64,000 nucleotides of DNA from Candidatus Izemoplasma sp. (GTDB lineage: Bacteria; Bacillota_I; Bacilli_A; Izemoplasmatales; Izemoplasmataceae), in assembly GCA_007132465.1 (NCBI GenBank), contig SLOP01000018.1, positions 2,017 through 66,016 on the forward strand. The letters are read 5' to 3'. The position numbers were made by a program, and so were the translations under genes. The notes under the pieces are model-generated. The model was not told the DNA's origin, searched no databases, and saw nothing but the letters and a program-made list of their open reading frames with translations. Each line of letters begins with the position of its first letter. Positions within the stretch are counted from its first letter, which is position 1. Positions 39,225 to 47,378 of the stretch are shown here, piece by piece.

Positions 39225-39908
39225 ATGCATAAGGTTTTGCGCCGCGAGGCGCGGATACACGATGAACAACCACTGATTACCATCGTGCGCTACATGCTGA
39301 AGAAGCCTTTTGAAGGCGTGCGCTATTTTAGTGTTGAAACCATCGCTCCCGGTGGCGGTTACGACACGCATAAACACCGAGACATCGACATCTTGACCTA
39401 TGTCTATGAAGGCACCCTAACCCATCGTGATTCACTTTCTAACGACGTCGCTTTGGCCGCCGGCGCGATGCAGCACACCACCGCCGGGTCGGGAATATCG
39501 CACAGCGAAACCAATGAACGCGACGAGCCGCTGAAGCTTGTGCACGTGTGGTTGGAACCGACAAGCCTCACACGCCAGCCGACCTATGCTCGCACCACGT
39601 TCACCAAACGCGATCGGTTAAATAAGCCGTTACGCGCCGTGGTGAACCACCCGATGCCTGGTAGAATCCAAGTTCATCAAAGCCTAAACGTTCATATTCT
39701 CGACATCGAAGAAGGCGTCGAAACAAAGCGCATCGCCGACGCCACCAGCACGTTTTTTTTGGTGCTGCTTGAAGGAAACATCACCGTCAACGGAGAACCG
39801 CTACAGGCGCTTGATGCGATAATAACTGACGACACCCTCACCATTAAGGCACAGGCTGAGAGCCGTGTCTTTATCCTCGAACACTTCACCCGTAGAAAGG
39901 ACGATTGA
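39225..39908 (+). CDS. Pirin-family (cupin) protein
   Basis: Cupin metal motif HKHRDIDILTYVYEGTLTHRDS and MQHTTAGSGISHSE. Confidence 0.8.
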   Translation: MHKVLRREARIHDEQPLITIVRYMLKKPFEGVRYFSVETIAPGGGYDTHKHRDIDILTYVYEGTLTHRDSLSNDVALAAGAMQHTTAGSGISHSETNERDEPLKLVHVWLEPTSLTRQPTYARTTFTKRDRLNKPLRAVVNHPMPGRIQVHQSLNVHILDIEEGVETKRIADATSTFFLVLLEGNITVNGEPLQALDAIITDDTLTIKAQAESRVFILEHFTRRKDD

Positions 39909-39911
39909 ACC

Positions 39912-40772
39912 ATGGAACGAAAAATCGGTGTCGTGACCGACACCAACGCCTGCCTCGATTACTTTGACCACGACTTTGACATCCCCATCATGCGGTCGAT
40001 GATTCATCTTGGCGAAGAAGAGTACCTCGATCATGTGGGGTTAACCGCTGAGGCGTTTTATGAACGCATTCAAAGCGATACATCCATCTTTCCTAAAACG
40101 AGCCAACCGGCGACGGCATCGATGGTTGAAACATACCAAACGATGGCCGACAAAGGCTATACTGATCTCATTGTCGTCACGATTTCAAGCCACATGAGCG
40201 GAATCTACGGTGCGGCCCAAGTCGCCGCCGAACACATACCATCCATAAACATTGTGGTCTTTGATTCAAAATCCGTGGCCTTTCCGCAAGCGAAGATGGC
40301 CTTAACCGCCGCCGACATGGCCAAGCAAGGAAAATCGGTTGACGCCATTGTTGCTGAACTTGAACACATCCGTGCGCACAATCACATTTACTTCGCCGTC
40401 GATACCTTGGCATACCTCGTAAAAAATGGGCGTCTCTCGAACGCCCAGGGGTTTATGGGAAGCATGTTGAAAATCAAACCGCTTTTGCACATTAACAGCG
40501 AAGGGGTTGTTGAGAACGTCGAGAAAATCCGAACGTTCAAGAAAGCCGTGAATCGCGTTATCGAAATGTATCTACAGGAAACCGAAGGCAAACGCGTCGA
40601 GCCGTTTATTTGTCACGCGAACAACCCGGAGGTCCGTGATTTCATCGAAGCGGCATTAACCGCCGCCGACCCGACCCTAACGTCTGTCTTCAGCATGCCG
40701 CTGACGCCGGCTGTGGGCGCCCATGCGGGGCCTGGGGCTATCGGGCTCGGCTACTACGAAGTCAAGACGTAA
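39912..40772 (+). CDS. DegV-family fatty-acid-binding protein
   Basis: IGVVTDTNACLD N-terminus, TSQP, SSHMSG and the C-terminal GAHAGPGAIG motif. Confidence 0.9.
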   Translation: MERKIGVVTDTNACLDYFDHDFDIPIMRSMIHLGEEEYLDHVGLTAEAFYERIQSDTSIFPKTSQPATASMVETYQTMADKGYTDLIVVTISSHMSGIYGAAQVAAEHIPSINIVVFDSKSVAFPQAKMALTAADMAKQGKSVDAIVAELEHIRAHNHIYFAVDTLAYLVKNGRLSNAQGFMGSMLKIKPLLHINSEGVVENVEKIRTFKKAVNRVIEMYLQETEGKRVEPFICHANNPEVRDFIEAALTAADPTLTSVFSMPLTPAVGAHAGPGAIGLGYYEVKT

Positions 40773-40798
40773 CCCACATCAACAGGAGGTGATGACGC

Positions 40799-41128
40799 AT
40801 GCAAGCGAAAACCTTGTGGCACGCCCTGGTGAAACTTAACGTCATCGGCATCGTGCATTTGGCGGTGTCGGTGTGGATTTACACGCTCGTTGGCTTACTT
40901 TGCGGGCTCTTTTTCCTCACGGCATTGGTTCAAATGTGGGTTTTCATCCACTATTTCACCCGGACGCTGCAATATGTCCTCGCCCGTCGGTTGGCCAGAC
41001 GGCGCAAGCCAGACAAACTGCTTGTGCCCAACGCATTAGTCGGGCTCGTGTTATTGCCGCTGTTGACCTACGCTTTTTTTGTGATGGCCTTTGGGCACTT
41101 GTCCCGTGTCATCGAAACCCTTACGTAG
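40799..41128 (+). CDS. Small three-TM membrane protein, function unknown
   Basis: 109-aa hydrophobic ORF with RBS AGGAGGTGA upstream and a terminator directly downstream. Confidence 0.45.
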   Translation: MQAKTLWHALVKLNVIGIVHLAVSVWIYTLVGLLCGLFFLTALVQMWVFIHYFTRTLQYVLARRLARRRKPDKLLVPNALVGLVLLPLLTYAFFVMAFGHLSRVIETLT

Positions 41129-41151
41129 CGCACCCGTGTGCGCTTTTTTTA
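41127..41151. terminator. Terminator between convergent genes
   Basis: AGCGCAC-CCGT-GTGCGCT followed by TTTTTTT. Confidence 0.8.
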
Positions 41152-41754
41152 TTGATAGAAAAACGTCTTAAAAAACTTAGTGTAGTGAACCAACTCATTT
41201 TCCAGAATTTTCATTGCTTCGATGGTATCTTTTGAGCCGTGTGCACGGTCCCAGTCGTTGTGGATTTTGGTGAACGTCCAGGTCACAATCTTATAAATTT
41301 CATCGAGATACTCGCGGTTGCGAAACGCCGAGGTGTCGATGTCTTCAAACACCCGCTTGTAGTTTCGTTGCTGAAACTGCTGGTAGATGTTTCCGCGGGC
41401 TTTGACAATGTCTGTGTTGGTTGTGTGCATGTGCACGCGCTTGATGAAGGCGGTCAACGTCTTGTGTTTATGCATCGCTTCACTCTTCCGCATGACAAGG
41501 GCCTTTAACCGTTCGAACACATCCCGGTCTGAGAACGGGAAATTATCGAACGTGTCACGGTGAATGATGTTCCAAGCGGTTTCATAAAGCGAGAGGTAAA
41601 GCTGTGGCTTGCTGCGGAAGTAATGAAACAATAGCCCTTTTGATACGCGCGCATCTTCAACGATCTGGTTCGTTGAAACGTGTTGGTAATCTGCTTTTGC
41701 AAACGCCTTGAAGCCAGCACGGATGATGTCTCCTTTTAGATCGTTGCGTTTCAT
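41149..41754 (-). CDS. TetR/AcrR-family transcriptional regulator
   Basis: N-terminal HTH (GFKAFAKADYQHVSTNQIVEDARVSKGLLFHYFRSK). Start trimmed to MKRNDLKG (41754). Confidence 0.85.
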   Translation of the reverse strand: MKRNDLKGDIIRAGFKAFAKADYQHVSTNQIVEDARVSKGLLFHYFRSKPQLYLSLYETAWNIIHRDTFDNFPFSDRDVFERLKALVMRKSEAMHKHKTLTAFIKRVHMHTTNTDIVKARGNIYQQFQQRNYKRVFEDIDTSAFRNREYLDEIYKIVTWTFTKIHNDWDRAHGSKDTIEAMKILENELVHYTKFFKTFFYQ

Positions 41755-41855
41755 GGTGACACCCCTTTCGACTCGTTTTGGTTCGCACATAACCCTCGTC
41801 GTGCTATAATGGGAATAACCCGTGTTGCCTCACACACCAACGGAGGGAGTAATTC

Positions 41856-42122
41856 ATGGATACCTTAATCACACGCGCTAAACACCTCGTGCTTGCCGGT
41901 CGCTTTCAAAACAACGTGGCCAAACAATCGACGCGGTTTGAACCAATTCCATCGAACGAATCGGTGAAAATCGGCAAAACCCGCTATGTTCCCTACTACG
42001 ACACGAAGACAAAACAAGTGGTCTTCGGGTACGAAGCAAACGACAAAATCTACTTTTTAACGTTTTCCAATCACGATTGGCATTTTGGAAGCCAAGACGA
42101 TTTCGAATGGTTTGACGCCTAG
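41856..42122 (+). CDS. Hypothetical 88-aa protein
   Basis: ORF with TGCTATAAT and RBS GGAGGGAG upstream, divergent from the TetR gene. No recognisable motifs. Confidence 0.4.
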   Translation: MDTLITRAKHLVLAGRFQNNVAKQSTRFEPIPSNESVKIGKTRYVPYYDTKTKQVVFGYEANDKIYFLTFSNHDWHFGSQDDFEWFDA

Positions 42123-42138
42123 GCGTCAAACTTTTTTT
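42111..42138. terminator. Palindromic terminator containing the stop codons of both convergent genes
   Basis: TTTGACGCC-TA-GGCGTCAAA followed by CTTTTTTT. The TAG of the plus gene and the TGA of the minus gene both lie in the stem. Confidence 0.75.
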
Positions 42139-44495
42139 AAGAGTTCGCTAAGCGGCCGGCGGAAGAACGCGTGGTGGACCAAGATGGTCACACCGACAAA
42201 CAGTAACGTTAGACCAACATACGATAGTGATAAGATTAACCAAGGCGTCGTGAACACATGGACAATGCCAAGGATGTTTTCAAAGGCCCTCAGGGTCAGC
42301 GTCATCAGCGCCCGAGCCACCAGATGGGCCAACCAAAACGCACCCAACAACACGATGAACGCTGTGCCTAAAAACCGCCGATATGATTCTGATGCGCGAT
42401 AGCCTAGGGCTTTGAGCGTCACAAACACATCCATTTGTCGAACCAATCCATCGCGAACAACGTAGACAAACATGAATGCCGCAGTCAGCGAGGCGAGCAC
42501 CATGGTCACATCGATGACGCGCATCGTGGAACGAAACAAGCCATCCATCTCCGCGGCGATGACACGAGGGTCAACCACGCGCCACGCACGGGCTTCTCCG
42601 ACGGATTCGTCGCCGACCAACAACAGGCCGTTATGCACCGTGGTGGTCTCTGTGAACCCGAGCGCTTCGCGCAAGTCATCACGGTAAAAGTACACGGCGC
42701 TTTCGACCGCTTCATCGGCTATGCCAGCTACGGTTAGGGTGATGCGTTTTCCTTGTTGACCACGGCCTTCAAACACCACTTCATCGCCCGTGCTCACAGC
42801 GTGAATCCGGGCAAACTGTCGCGAGACGAAAACGCCGTCTTGCAACGCAACATGTTGATCATCGGTGATTTTCCATCGTGTCACGCTTTCATCGAGGCCA
42901 TAAGCTTGAGCGTAAATCGCGTCCCGGTGAAAGCCGTCATTGGTGGACACCAGTCGCACGCTGCCATAAAGAAACGGTTCACCTTCTTCAGGTGGCGCGG
43001 TTTCGTGCTGATAAAGGTAAGCCATGCGATCATAGTGTTTTCCTCTCAAGGTGTCATCGATTAACGCATCGACGACGCCTTGGCCGTAACGACCGAAAAG
43101 AAAGAGCGTCGCGATGCCGAGGTACAGGGTTCCTTGAAAGGCGAGGTGGCCGAGGCGTTTCACGCGCAGCCATCCTGGTGTCAGACGATCATGGCCACGC
43201 CGCTTGAGGGCGGATATAGCGATGCAAAACGCGTACACATGCAGCACCAGCATCGGCACAATGCCCGCCCAAAGGATGGTCGTCCAAGGCATCGTAAATG
43301 GCGCGTGCGGTATCACATATCGTGCCACGTACCATCCGTGAACCCACATCGACAAGGCTAGGCCAATGGTGACTGATAATGCGATCGTTAGGCTGAGTGA
43401 GGTGGCGATGGGTAACAGCGACACGGCGAGTTCGCGTTTAGCGTAGCCAAGACGGTTGAGCGTCACCAGCAGCTCGCGTTCTTGTTCAATGCGGTGTTTG
43501 ACTAACCAAAGCGTCACCGTCGCACTTAACACCACAAACACCCCAAGCGTGGCTTCGATGGCGCTTGCCGTCAAACGACTTTCTTGCACGATGGCCCACA
43601 CGCGCACGTTGTATTGTTGCGGCACCACGGTTTCGACAAGGCGCATGTTTCGACCGAGCCGTTGCAGGTCCGTCTGCATCACGGCGTAGACGTCAAATCC
43701 CTCTTCATCCACGGGAAATTCGCCTTTGGCTTGGTAGTAAACTTTAAAAGGTTCTCGCAGCGTCAACAAACTCGACAATGTCGTCACGCCGACGGTTTGC
43801 GTGTTTGGATTGTAACTGAGTGAGTCGAACTTGAGCGCAGGCATGGTAAACTGCGGGCTGTAGATAAAACCAGAAATTGTTAGCTCGACCTCATCAAACG
43901 CGAGGGTGTCGCCAATGGCGAGGCCATTCGCGTTGGCGTAGGCTTCAAACACGGCAACTTCGCCATCCTCAGGCAATGCGCCACCGTTGTCAATCAGATA
44001 CGGTTTATTGATGGTGTCGTTCAGGGTGATGAGACGGACGGTTTTATCTTCGTCGTTCCAATCCACGTGATAACTTGTTTCATATGCGAAGTCATAACGG
44101 GTAGCCACGCGCTGAATCATCGCATTATAAAGCCGTTCAATCAAATCCGGATAATCGTATATCACATCAAGCATGAACCCGTTAAACGCATTCATTTGTA
44201 GCGGATCGTTTTCGTTGGGTGGCACAAAACCGTGCAAGTATGCTTGGGTCGTAAGATAGACGTCCCACCGTTGTGCGCCACTAAGGTGATTGAAGTCAAG
44301 CATGCCGAGGCTGATGTGAAAATCTTCAACGTTCTGTTGATCGTAATAGGCTTCAATCGGGTCTTGAAGGCGATCACCGGCCGTGCGAATGGCAAAAAAA
44401 GCCGTGAAAACGACAAAAACGATCAAACATAACCCGAGTATTTCAAAGGGGCGTGCCCACAGTTTTCGCCACTGATCGGCATAAAGCAATCGCAT
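42126..44495 (-). CDS. ABC-type permease with two FtsX/MacB-like modules, with no ATPase gene adjacent
   Basis: The unit TM1, large extracytoplasmic domain, three TMs occurs twice. RBS AGGAGGTGA precedes ATG 44495. Neither flanking gene is an ABC ATPase. Confidence 0.75.
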   Translation of the reverse strand: MRLLYADQWRKLWARPFEILGLCLIVFVVFTAFFAIRTAGDRLQDPIEAYYDQQNVEDFHISLGMLDFNHLSGAQRWDVYLTTQAYLHGFVPPNENDPLQMNAFNGFMLDVIYDYPDLIERLYNAMIQRVATRYDFAYETSYHVDWNDEDKTVRLITLNDTINKPYLIDNGGALPEDGEVAVFEAYANANGLAIGDTLAFDEVELTISGFIYSPQFTMPALKFDSLSYNPNTQTVGVTTLSSLLTLREPFKVYYQAKGEFPVDEEGFDVYAVMQTDLQRLGRNMRLVETVVPQQYNVRVWAIVQESRLTASAIEATLGVFVVLSATVTLWLVKHRIEQERELLVTLNRLGYAKRELAVSLLPIATSLSLTIALSVTIGLALSMWVHGWYVARYVIPHAPFTMPWTTILWAGIVPMLVLHVYAFCIAISALKRRGHDRLTPGWLRVKRLGHLAFQGTLYLGIATLFLFGRYGQGVVDALIDDTLRGKHYDRMAYLYQHETAPPEEGEPFLYGSVRLVSTNDGFHRDAIYAQAYGLDESVTRWKITDDQHVALQDGVFVSRQFARIHAVSTGDEVVFEGRGQQGKRITLTVAGIADEAVESAVYFYRDDLREALGFTETTTVHNGLLLVGDESVGEARAWRVVDPRVIAAEMDGLFRSTMRVIDVTMVLASLTAAFMFVYVVRDGLVRQMDVFVTLKALGYRASESYRRFLGTAFIVLLGAFWLAHLVARALMTLTLRAFENILGIVHVFTTPWLILSLSYVGLTLLFVGVTILVHHAFFRRPLSELLKKV

Positions 44496-44606
44496 TCGGT
44501 CACCTCCTACATCTTTATTATACTGCAAGTGATAGCGGTTGACCATCAAGACTGTATGGTTAATCGTCGGTTACTGCATCATTTTTGAAAGATGCGATAA
44601 AAACGG

Positions 44607-44635
44607 TTGAAAGCAAAGGGCCCAACGTATACAAT
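44607..44635 (+). promoter_or_regulatory. Sigma-A-type promoter of the 824-aa lipoprotein gene
   Basis: TTGAAA (44607-44612), 17-nt spacer, TACAAT (44630-44635). RBS TAGGAGG lies downstream. Confidence 0.65.
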
Positions 44636-44664
44636 GAAAGCATGCATCTTTAGGAGGTCCACGC

Positions 44665-47139
44665 ATGAAAAAAACAATGCTATTTATGATGACGGCAATC
44701 CTTGCCATCACGCTCGGCGCATGCCGTCGAGACGAAGCCGACATCGAACGCGTACGCATCGATGATGCCGACGCGGTTTTTTTAGACGATGGGGAAACAC
44801 GCATCACCCGTGGCGACGTATTCAACCGCTTAATCGCCATTGACACACAACGCCTAAACAGCGAAGGCGTCAACTTCTTGCTTGACATGATCGATGAAAC
44901 GTTGCTTGCCGACCGCATGGCAGCCATCGAGCCCGACCGCATTGAAGAAGAGCGTTTGTTGCTGCGTTATGGCACGACCGACAGCGATGAAATCGACACC
45001 ATTGAAAGCAACCCTGTGCAGGCGAAGCATGCTTTAGAAAACTTTACCATGACGTTGCTCCGCTACGGCGTCGATCCGACTGACGAAACGTCTGTTGAGA
45101 CGTTCATCCGCCTTAACCTTGCGCGCCGCGACGTGGCCTATGACTACATGGTGGATCACACCGATGCCAATGATTTCAGCGCCGCGTTACGTCAGCATTA
45201 CCAGAAGGCCAACCGAGGAGATATCACCGCGATTTCTCTCGTGTATCCAACCGCCAAGGCAGCGCTTGAGGCATTCCATGCCCATGACCTCGTGTTTTTG
45301 TATGATGGCGGCATCGGCTGGTATTTCGGCGAGGAGCCTATCGAAACCTTACGGCTTGGTGACTTCAATGACTCCAACACCGAACGGTTAACGGAGGACG
45401 AGGTGTTCGAATACTTTGTGACCCTGTATAATGACCGCTATCCTTACCGCGAGGCTCTCGATTCGTCAATGACCCTTGACACAGCAGCACTCGACGCCCC
45501 GCATTTCCACTTTGATTATCGGGTGTTTGCTAAGGAGGCTAATAACGCGCTTTTAGCAAACATTTTGTTCGATGAACTGTCAGTTGATGGACCGCGTTAC
45601 ACCATCGAACCTCGACGCGTTCACAGGAGCGATGAACGGTTGAGTCGATACCGTGTGCTTTACTTTATCGTCGACCAAGCCCCGCTGACGCCGTTTGAAG
45701 CTTTAGATGACGAGGCCTATGATGCGTTGGTTAATGAATATATCGAAAGCCAATACAGCGCGGCGTTGGAGATCGAAGCGATGATGCATAAGCGCCATGA
45801 TCACGGTTTGGTGATGCATGATGCGTTTTTGCATCGCGCCTACCGCGATATCGACGATGTTGTGACCCAAGGACAAGCTGACGTGGTTGCTTCTTTCGAG
45901 GCAAGGGATGGCTTTGACGTCGCCACGGTGGATGCCCAAACGCTTGACACTGACGCGTATTTCGCGTTCTTGCTTGAACGACTAGGTGGTCAAGTCGTGG
46001 TTGAAATGGCCAAGGAAGCATGGCTGCATCAAAGCGACTATTTCACGTTACTATATGGTGAACCACGCGATATCCGCGACAACGATCATGCGCATATTCT
46101 CGGGTTGTTTGAGGAAATTGAGAGTCTGCGCGAGGAACAGGGCGATGACTTCGATTACTTTATCGTCTCGGAGTTCGGCCGAACCGACGACATCGACTTG
46201 CTGTTATACGTGTTGCTTTGGGATGTTGCTAATCACACCATCCCCGATAACCTTGACCTTGAAAAAGCGCTTGATTACGCTGCCACTCGACGCGATGACT
46301 ATTTCCGTCTGGATGTGGAGCATCTGCTAATTTACGTCGATTTCGACGAGAACTTCGCCCCCGATGATTACACGGCGTTTCTCGATGGGCTGAGCCCAGA
46401 AGCTAAGGCGGCACACGACGCATTAATTGACGCATTTGTCTTAGATATTCGAGCGTTGCACGAGGATGGAGCGCCCTTCGCAGCCATTGCCAAAACGTAC
46501 CTCGAGGCTTCTCACGACGATGAAACCTGGGGTCAATACAAGCAAGCTGGGTTGATTTTACGACATGAAAACCTTAGCCCCACCAACCCCATGCGGGCAG
46601 AAAATCTCCGTCAATACGTCGCTCCGTTCCGCAATCGGTTATACGATATTTATGAAGCTTATACCACCGAGCATGAAGACGACGAACGCGTGCTTGATCC
46701 GTTCCTCGAAACAGATGGACCGGTAGTGACACAATTTGGACAACACATCATTTTAACCGAACGCCCAGAAAACGATTTCTTTCCACCGAGTGCGCGATAC
46801 GAAGGCGAAACAGGCGATAATGAGGATTGGCTCAACGACGAGGACTTACCCACCGCAGCCCAACTGAGCCTTTGGTTGGAACACAAGTTTATCTCCATCT
46901 TCCTGAATGACGACCCTGACTTCGATGTGCCTGAGGATTTGGACGATGCCTTGACGTTCTACTTCGACAGTTATCTCGGACGGTTCTTCCCCTCGATTCA
47001 AAACGACATGGATCCGTTTAACCGCCGATTGACGATTGAACGTTTTTGGTCAGAAGATGTTGTGTTCTCCGATCAAAACGACGTTTTACAAACGAGACTC
47101 GATGTGCTTTACGATCAATACGTTTCGATGCTTGAATAA
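44665..47139 (+). CDS. Very large acidic lipoprotein with a degenerate PrsA/SurA-like parvulin (PpiC) region
   Basis: Lipobox ITLGAC. N-terminal ITRGDVFNRLI resembles PrsA N-domains. Near the C-terminus, VEHLLIYVD ... FAAIAKTYLEASHDD ... VTQFGQHIILTE follows the parvulin pattern (HILV ... FAxLAKxYSxD ... TxFGYHII). Confidence 0.55.
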   Translation: MKKTMLFMMTAILAITLGACRRDEADIERVRIDDADAVFLDDGETRITRGDVFNRLIAIDTQRLNSEGVNFLLDMIDETLLADRMAAIEPDRIEEERLLLRYGTTDSDEIDTIESNPVQAKHALENFTMTLLRYGVDPTDETSVETFIRLNLARRDVAYDYMVDHTDANDFSAALRQHYQKANRGDITAISLVYPTAKAALEAFHAHDLVFLYDGGIGWYFGEEPIETLRLGDFNDSNTERLTEDEVFEYFVTLYNDRYPYREALDSSMTLDTAALDAPHFHFDYRVFAKEANNALLANILFDELSVDGPRYTIEPRRVHRSDERLSRYRVLYFIVDQAPLTPFEALDDEAYDALVNEYIESQYSAALEIEAMMHKRHDHGLVMHDAFLHRAYRDIDDVVTQGQADVVASFEARDGFDVATVDAQTLDTDAYFAFLLERLGGQVVVEMAKEAWLHQSDYFTLLYGEPRDIRDNDHAHILGLFEEIESLREEQGDDFDYFIVSEFGRTDDIDLLLYVLLWDVANHTIPDNLDLEKALDYAATRRDDYFRLDVEHLLIYVDFDENFAPDDYTAFLDGLSPEAKAAHDALIDAFVLDIRALHEDGAPFAAIAKTYLEASHDDETWGQYKQAGLILRHENLSPTNPMRAENLRQYVAPFRNRLYDIYEAYTTEHEDDERVLDPFLETDGPVVTQFGQHIILTERPENDFFPPSARYEGETGDNEDWLNDEDLPTAAQLSLWLEHKFISIFLNDDPDFDVPEDLDDALTFYFDSYLGRFFPSIQNDMDPFNRRLTIERFWSEDVVFSDQNDVLQTRLDVLYDQYVSMLE

Positions 47140-47146
47140 CACGGAG

Positions 47147-47172
47147 AACGCACGCTTCGGCGTGCGTTTTTT
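47147..47172 (+). terminator. Rho-independent terminator (UUCG tetraloop)
   Basis: AACGCACGC-TTCG-GCGTGCGTT followed by TTTT. Confidence 0.9.
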
Positions 47173-47378
47173 CGTGGATAAAGTGACCATTATATAATAT
47201 TAGTCAATACGACACACGAAATCATGCATCGCCCAGTGGCGCAAAAAAATGGTGGCACGCCAAAATGGCATAATCTGTTAAGTAACGCCAAGGCACCACC
47301 AATATACACATCATGTTAATAATGACCGACGAAAGTTGTATAATAAAGGTGTATACCATTATAAGGAGGAGCTATGAG

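Noticed and set aside
47230-47320. Possible c-di-GMP class I riboswitch, prompted by GGCACGCCAAAATGGC resembling the GGGACGCAAAGCC-type block and by the abundance of c-di-GMP enzymes nearby
   Set aside because: Only one short block is vaguely similar. The GGCAAACC-type first block and the tetraloop-receptor features are missing, and the best promoter lies downstream of the segment. I kept it only as an unexplained intergenic region.
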